DNA of 64,000 nucleotides from Candidatus Oxydemutator sp. (GTDB lineage Bacteria; Pseudomonadota; Gammaproteobacteria; Poriferisulfidales; Oxydemutatoraceae). This document shows, in pieces, positions 59,092 to 64,000 of the stretch; positions within the stretch are counted from its first letter, which is position 1, and every line of letters begins with the position of its first letter. Below the pieces are notes generated by a model. It searched no databases. It was not told the DNA's origin and saw only the letters and a list, made by a program, of their open reading frames with translations. The stretch lies in the NCBI GenBank assembly GCA_965203445.1, contig OZ241883.1, positions 416,001 to 480,000 on the forward strand. The letters are read 5' to 3'. Position numbers and translations under genes: made by a program.

Positions 59092-61527
59092 ATGCCGAGC
59101 AGAATTGTCGATCTAATAAAAAAATGGGCGAACTGGCTGTGGTGCCGAATATCCGCCACTACTGATAGCGGTGATGGCGACAAGCCTGTTCCGCCAAATA
59201 ACGATGTATCCAGTCAGCCGGAAGGTGTTGGACAAGATCGCATCGAGCCATATTCTGATGGTCCCGAGAAACCACTTGACGAGAATCAACGGACAGAGAA
59301 CAAAAATGAGCAGGCGTCTGGCGACGGAAAAACACCCCAGAGTTCTCCTGCGTCAAATAAGCAATCAGGGCTTCCCGCTACCGATACTGATAGCGGCAAG
59401 CCTGTTCCGCCGAATAACGATATATCCAGTCAGCCGGAGGATGTTGAACAAAATCGCATCGAGTCATGTTCTGATGGTCACGAGAAACAACCCGACGAGG
59501 ATCAACGGACAGAGGACAAAATTGAGCGGGCATCTGGCGACGGAATAACGTCCCAAAGTTCTCCTGCGTCAAATAAGCAGTCAGGCCTTTCCGCTACCGA
59601 TGAGGATGACTCCGACTCTTATGATCATGAAAAGCCTGAACTGGCAGGAAACGACAAACCCGTTGGCAGGCAATCCAAGCCTCCCAGAGAAATACCCGCG
59701 AGACGAGGGCGGGAAAGAGGCACCTCGTCCCGGAAGGAAAAGGGAGAACCAAAGAAATCTTCCCCTGGCCCCCGAGCACAACTGATATGCATAGAAAAAG
59801 AACAGCGCTGGGGGCTGTACTTATCTGCGGATGAGGAATGCCCAATAGCAAAAGTTCGGCAAGGAAACGAACCTCTGGCCAGTGCAGGAGGTGAATGGAG
59901 TATTCTATCCTTCCGTGGCAGCTTGTCCATCACCTATGAGGATGGAGAACGTCACGAGATTGAGCTATTCAATGATAGACCGCTGGTCTTCAAATTCCAA
60001 GGCGGATGGCAAGGCACAGGCCACAAAGTCAAATACATCACGAGCGGCCATTTCATCGTCATCGTGCCGCAAGAATGGCATCGCAGAGGGAACGTCCCGG
60101 TCGAACAGGATGGGTGCACGGACTCCGGGTTCATTGCACACTACTTCTCTCGTGGGAGAGAAGACTCATCCGAAGATGCAGGCGGTTTCGGGGAATATGC
60201 CGGCCCATTGACGAAATCCAGCTTCACATTGATCGGGAATCGTATCTTCGACAACTCCGATGAAGGCGAACTGTTCGGCGGCCCGGTTCTGGAGCTGAAC
60301 CTCGCTTCTGAGGTCGAGTGGGTGCGAGTCGGCGAGGAAAGAGATGGCGGATGGCCGGGCGACAACTTCAAGCCGGACAAACCTCTTGCAGAGGTCCTGA
60401 ACGGCCGACAGGGGCGATTCTTCGTTCGTGTGTACGACGATGATACCAAACGGCTGGACAGTGACGAGTTTCGATATTTCGCCAATCTTCAAAAAATCCT
60501 TGTGGATGGCGCGCCCTACAGTGAAACTTCGCTGCTCATTCCGTCTTCGACCGGCCATTCTCCGACGGAAGTGCAGCTCATCGGCACCGAGGATTCCCTC
60601 ATTCTCCCAAAATTGGAGACAGATGAGGCCTGGACAACCGTACGGCCGGACGGCACCGTTGTTGTCAAACCGCATCCAGACGGCGATCATGTTTCTTGTA
60701 AGCTGGAGTCCGATAAGGGCAGCGTCCGGGTGGAAATAAAGCTCCCCCGCATCTGGTGGCGGTTGAGCCAACGCGGGGAACAATCCGAAGACTGGCACAG
60801 CGTACCATTCGAGGTGACGCGCCAGGGATTCAGGGACCGTGCCGAACGGGACGAGGCTATTTGGCTGCGGTTGCCGCTACGTATCGCTTCCGTCAAGGCA
60901 GGATTCGACGAAGAAACAGATCGAAAGTACCGCTCTGACAAGAAGGGAGAAGATGTCGAGATTCCCTTGCTCGATTTTCTCGACTACCGGCAGATTGACC
61001 AACGGCTGAACGCGGACACTTCGCTTAATATTGAAATTGGCGAACAAGTGTTGGCACTTATCCAGGTTTCCAGTGATCCGGTGCCAACGATCCTCTCATT
61101 TGCGTGTGAACCGGAGGCCATCAACGAGGGGGATGTGGCGACCTTGTCCTGGGAAACTCAGGACACGGAACCCGAAGGCGTAACAATCGAACCCGAAATC
61201 GGGTCGGTGAAACCAAATGGCAGCCGCACTGTTTCGCCGAACGAGACCACAACTTATACGCTGAGATTGACGGCTGCCAATATGGATGACGTGACAAAAG
61301 ACGCGACCGTGACGATTCATCGGGAAGCACCGCACGGAACACCACCGGAAGCCATGGTCAAGTGTCGGAGTGGATGGCGACGAGGCAAGGGCTTCAGCCG
61401 GCGCGAACTGCGCGCCGCAGGTCTGGCACCAGAGAACGACGCGCGGGGTTTCATTCCTGTCGACCGCCGCCGACGGAGCATGCATCCGGACAACGTAGCA
61501 ACACTCAGGAGGTTGACTGATGCCTGA
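59092..61527 (+). CDS. 811-aa protein: disordered repeat N-terminus, beta-rich middle, Ig-like domain, C-terminal eL13-like motif
   Basis: 72-aa tandem duplication; PTILSF...ATLSW...TTTYTL; RRGKGFSRRELRAAGL...IPVDRRRRSMHPDNV. Confidence 0.8.
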   Translation: MPSRIVDLIKKWANWLWCRISATTDSGDGDKPVPPNNDVSSQPEGVGQDRIEPYSDGPEKPLDENQRTENKNEQASGDGKTPQSSPASNKQSGLPATDTDSGKPVPPNNDISSQPEDVEQNRIESCSDGHEKQPDEDQRTEDKIERASGDGITSQSSPASNKQSGLSATDEDDSDSYDHEKPELAGNDKPVGRQSKPPREIPARRGRERGTSSRKEKGEPKKSSPGPRAQLICIEKEQRWGLYLSADEECPIAKVRQGNEPLASAGGEWSILSFRGSLSITYEDGERHEIELFNDRPLVFKFQGGWQGTGHKVKYITSGHFIVIVPQEWHRRGNVPVEQDGCTDSGFIAHYFSRGREDSSEDAGGFGEYAGPLTKSSFTLIGNRIFDNSDEGELFGGPVLELNLASEVEWVRVGEERDGGWPGDNFKPDKPLAEVLNGRQGRFFVRVYDDDTKRLDSDEFRYFANLQKILVDGAPYSETSLLIPSSTGHSPTEVQLIGTEDSLILPKLETDEAWTTVRPDGTVVVKPHPDGDHVSCKLESDKGSVRVEIKLPRIWWRLSQRGEQSEDWHSVPFEVTRQGFRDRAERDEAIWLRLPLRIASVKAGFDEETDRKYRSDKKGEDVEIPLLDFLDYRQIDQRLNADTSLNIEIGEQVLALIQVSSDPVPTILSFACEPEAINEGDVATLSWETQDTEPEGVTIEPEIGSVKPNGSRTVSPNETTTYTLRLTAANMDDVTKDATVTIHREAPHGTPPEAMVKCRSGWRRGKGFSRRELRAAGLAPENDARGFIPVDRRRRSMHPDNVATLRRLTDA
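59182..59601 (+). repeat. in-frame 216-bp tandem duplication
   Basis: AAGCCTGTTCCGCC at 59182 and 59398, with similarity continuing for about 200 bp. Confidence 0.9.
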
Positions 61528-64000
61528 CGCAAACGACATCGAACGGTGGACCGAAATGATCCGCCAACGGTACGAGAACTACCTGAAGACGTCCTTTTAC
61601 TTCAAGGATGGCAACCTTCGGGACTCGTTCCGGTCTGCTCTGCAAGAAGGCGGCAGCCTGCTGAAGGGGCCGTTTCCCGAACCGGCGCGCGGCTTCAAGA
61701 AGGGTATGCATGCAAGGAATCTGGCACAGAACTGTTTTCCCAAAAAGAGTGAGGAGGTTCTTCCTGCGCTACTGATTGATAAACATGACTACCAGTTGTA
61801 CGTCCATCAGGAACGCGCGATACGCGCTGTACACCTGGATCGGCAAAACATCGTCGTCGCTACCGGCACCAGCAGCGGAAAGACGGAAAGTTTTCTTTAT
61901 CCCATCCTGTTCGAGCTGTTCCATCAGTACCTCACAGACAAACTGCGGGAACCGGGTGTGCGGGCTTTGATCCTGTATCCGATGAACGCGCTTGCCAACG
62001 ATCAGCGTGAACGCCTTGGGGGTATCTGCCAGGAGCTGGCCGATGCAGGATCGGCATTTCGCCCGACCTTCGGGCAATACATCGGCCAGACACCCGAGGA
62101 CGAAAAGGACCACCGGCGCAATGCCACGGCGTGGGAGGAAAGACGACTCCCTAGTGAGCTCGTCTTTCGTAAGGAAATGCGGGACACTCCGCCCCACATT
62201 CTGCTTACCAACTACTCTATGCTGGAGTACCTGCTGATTCGTCCCGACGACAGTCCACTCTTCGACGGAGATCGGGGTACACACTGGCAGTTCATCGTGT
62301 TGGACGAGGCACACCAGTACCGGGGTGCCAAAGGCATGGAGATGGGCATGTTGATCCGGCGCCTCAAGCAACGGCTGCGTGACGGCGGGCGGAAGGAAAC
62401 TTTCCGCTGTATCGCCACCAGCGCAACCATTTCGTCCGGCGAAGACGAGAAAGATAGACAAGCAGTCGCGCAGTTTGCAAAATCGCTTTTTGGAGAACCG
62501 TTCTCGGCATCCGGCATCATCTTTGGAGAGGCGGAACAACCAAGCGCGGACGAATCGCCACGCCGCTACCATGCCTTTCTACGCTCGCTCGAAGGCGCGT
62601 TTTTGGTTCATAGAGACGGTGCGGACGCTGTCGTGCTCAATCGAAAAGGTGTAGCAGAAAGCGATTCGACCTCAGAACCTTTGGAGATCGCACTGTGCCG
62701 CGAGTGTGGACAGCACTACTACGTTGGCCAAGAGCAGGGCGGAAAGTTGCAGGAGGCCGTACGGGACCCCAGCCAGTCGAACTTCGGCGTGGAATACTAC
62801 CTGCCGTCGGAGGATGGAGATCATCTCCTTTGCAGGCGTTGCGGGATGCTTTCCATGTCGAAACCGGCATGCGATTGCGGCGTATCGGTTCACGTCAAGC
62901 AGTGCCAACCCCACCAAGAGCATGCCGACCAGTTAAAGCAATGCGAGACGTGCGGGTATCAGCGCGGCGGCATCGGCGATCCCGTGCAAGAGATCGTCCA
63001 CGGCTCCGATGCGCCCAATGCCGTCATTGCGACCGCGCTCCACGAACTCTTGCCCGAGGACCGGCGCAAAGTGCTGGCTTTTGCCGACAGTCGCCAAGAG
63101 GCCGCATTCTTTGCGTGGTATGCCGAGGACTCCTACGCAAAGCTACGCGACCGCAATCTGATGTTTCGCGCGATGAAAGCGGGACCAATCGATCCGGAAG
63201 GCTTATCCATTGACGACCTCAAAAACCGGCTACATAAACAGTGGGAAGAGGCTGGCTTGTTCGATGAGCCAGATGCCAGGGAGAGCAATGACCGAAAAGT
63301 GCTGATGTCGATCCTCCGCGAAGCGGTGACGGACGAGCGGAGGTTGTCTTTGAGTGGGGTCGGTCTGGTCAGGTGGTCCATCAAAATTCCTGACGACGTG
63401 GAATTACCCTTGGCAATGCAGCCACCTTGGAATCTGACAGAGGATGAAACACGTCGTTTGCTCGGGTATCTTATGGATGAATTGCGAGTTCGCCGTGCCA
63501 TGAATCTACCGGAAGGCCCTGGGGTGCCGGGATGGAGTGACGTATCGACTCGGAATCAACAAGCATACTGTCAGGGAATGCCGGGCAATAGGAGAAACGT
63601 TCGAAAATGGGGCGGTCCCCAATCCACAATCGTCAGCCACTTCCTTCGCAGGCTCCTGACGGACAGCAATCTTTCAGATGACAAGAGACGGTCAGCCTCC
63701 ACCGAACTCATGAAGAATGTCTGGCAGACTTTGCGCAAGCGCGACGGTGAACGCGGCACGGCTGATTGCATTCTTTCCAGTACAAGCATCAATGGAGCAT
63801 TTCGTCTCAACCCGCGCTGGCTTCGAATACAGCTGGCTGCATCAGGCGAAATCTGGGAATGCGATACCTGCGCAAGCCTGACCGCCCATAACGTGCGCAA
63901 AGTTTGTCCTCGGAATAAATGTCCCGGAAAACTGGAACCTGCCGACCAATCGCGCCTCCGGCAAAATCACTATCGAATCCTCTACGAAAGTGCCGACTTG
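61520..64000 (+). CDS. large SF2 DEAH helicase (YprA/DruE-like), runs off window
   Basis: Manual translation: LYVHQ, TGTSSGKTE, YPMNALANDQ, LTNYSMLEYLL, LDEAH, TSAT, CxxC clusters, KVLAFADSRQEAA; absent from the ORF track because it has no stop in the window. Confidence 0.92.
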   Translation, partial: MPDANDIERWTEMIRQRYENYLKTSFYFKDGNLRDSFRSALQEGGSLLKGPFPEPARGFKKGMHARNLAQNCFPKKSEEVLPALLIDKHDYQLYVHQERAIRAVHLDRQNIVVATGTSSGKTESFLYPILFELFHQYLTDKLREPGVRALILYPMNALANDQRERLGGICQELADAGSAFRPTFGQYIGQTPEDEKDHRRNATAWEERRLPSELVFRKEMRDTPPHILLTNYSMLEYLLIRPDDSPLFDGDRGTHWQFIVLDEAHQYRGAKGMEMGMLIRRLKQRLRDGGRKETFRCIATSATISSGEDEKDRQAVAQFAKSLFGEPFSASGIIFGEAEQPSADESPRRYHAFLRSLEGAFLVHRDGADAVVLNRKGVAESDSTSEPLEIALCRECGQHYYVGQEQGGKLQEAVRDPSQSNFGVEYYLPSEDGDHLLCRRCGMLSMSKPACDCGVSVHVKQCQPHQEHADQLKQCETCGYQRGGIGDPVQEIVHGSDAPNAVIATALHELLPEDRRKVLAFADSRQEAAFFAWYAEDSYAKLRDRNLMFRAMKAGPIDPEGLSIDDLKNRLHKQWEEAGLFDEPDARESNDRKVLMSILREAVTDERRLSLSGVGLVRWSIKIPDDVELPLAMQPPWNLTEDETRRLLGYLMDELRVRRAMNLPEGPGVPGWSDVSTRNQQAYCQGMPGNRRNVRKWGGPQSTIVSHFLRRLLTDSNLSDDKRRSASTELMKNVWQTLRKRDGERGTADCILSSTSINGAFRLNPRWLRIQLAASGEIWECDTCASLTAHNVRKVCPRNKCPGKLEPADQSRLRQNHYRILYESADL

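Overview
High-GC proteobacterial (Gammaproteobacteria-like) chromosomal window. Bases 1-47.7 kb are mostly housekeeping genes: gltD (partial), rpsU, aroE, minor type IV pilins, topA, rpsT-proB, lptD-surA-pdxA-rsmA-apaG-apaH, folA-thyA, lgt, tRNA-Pro, gpmI, tatABC, hisBHAFE, dtd, pip, lipBA, nth, metG. Accessory inserts punctuate this backbone: an orphan NHLP/proteusin-type RiPP precursor, a tnpB-only element with 25-bp terminal inverted repeats and an 8-bp target duplication inside the rsmA 3' end, TGT-ended MITE copies next to glycosylation genes, a broken BsuBI/PstI-type methyltransferase, an orphan PLD nuclease, an orphan m4C-type methyltransferase and a family of CCCTCTCC-type palindromic repeats. 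From about 47.7 kb to the end lies a lower-GC defence-island-like region. It holds duplicated or broken TA modules, two Fic genes, an AAA/DUF4143-type ATPase, a coupled DUF4338(DruA-like)-NurA-HerA operon, and an 811-aa protein ending in a ribosomal eL13-like motif that is coupled to a large DruE/YprA-like SF2 helicase running off the window. All family assignments are from motif recognition by eye; no searches were run.
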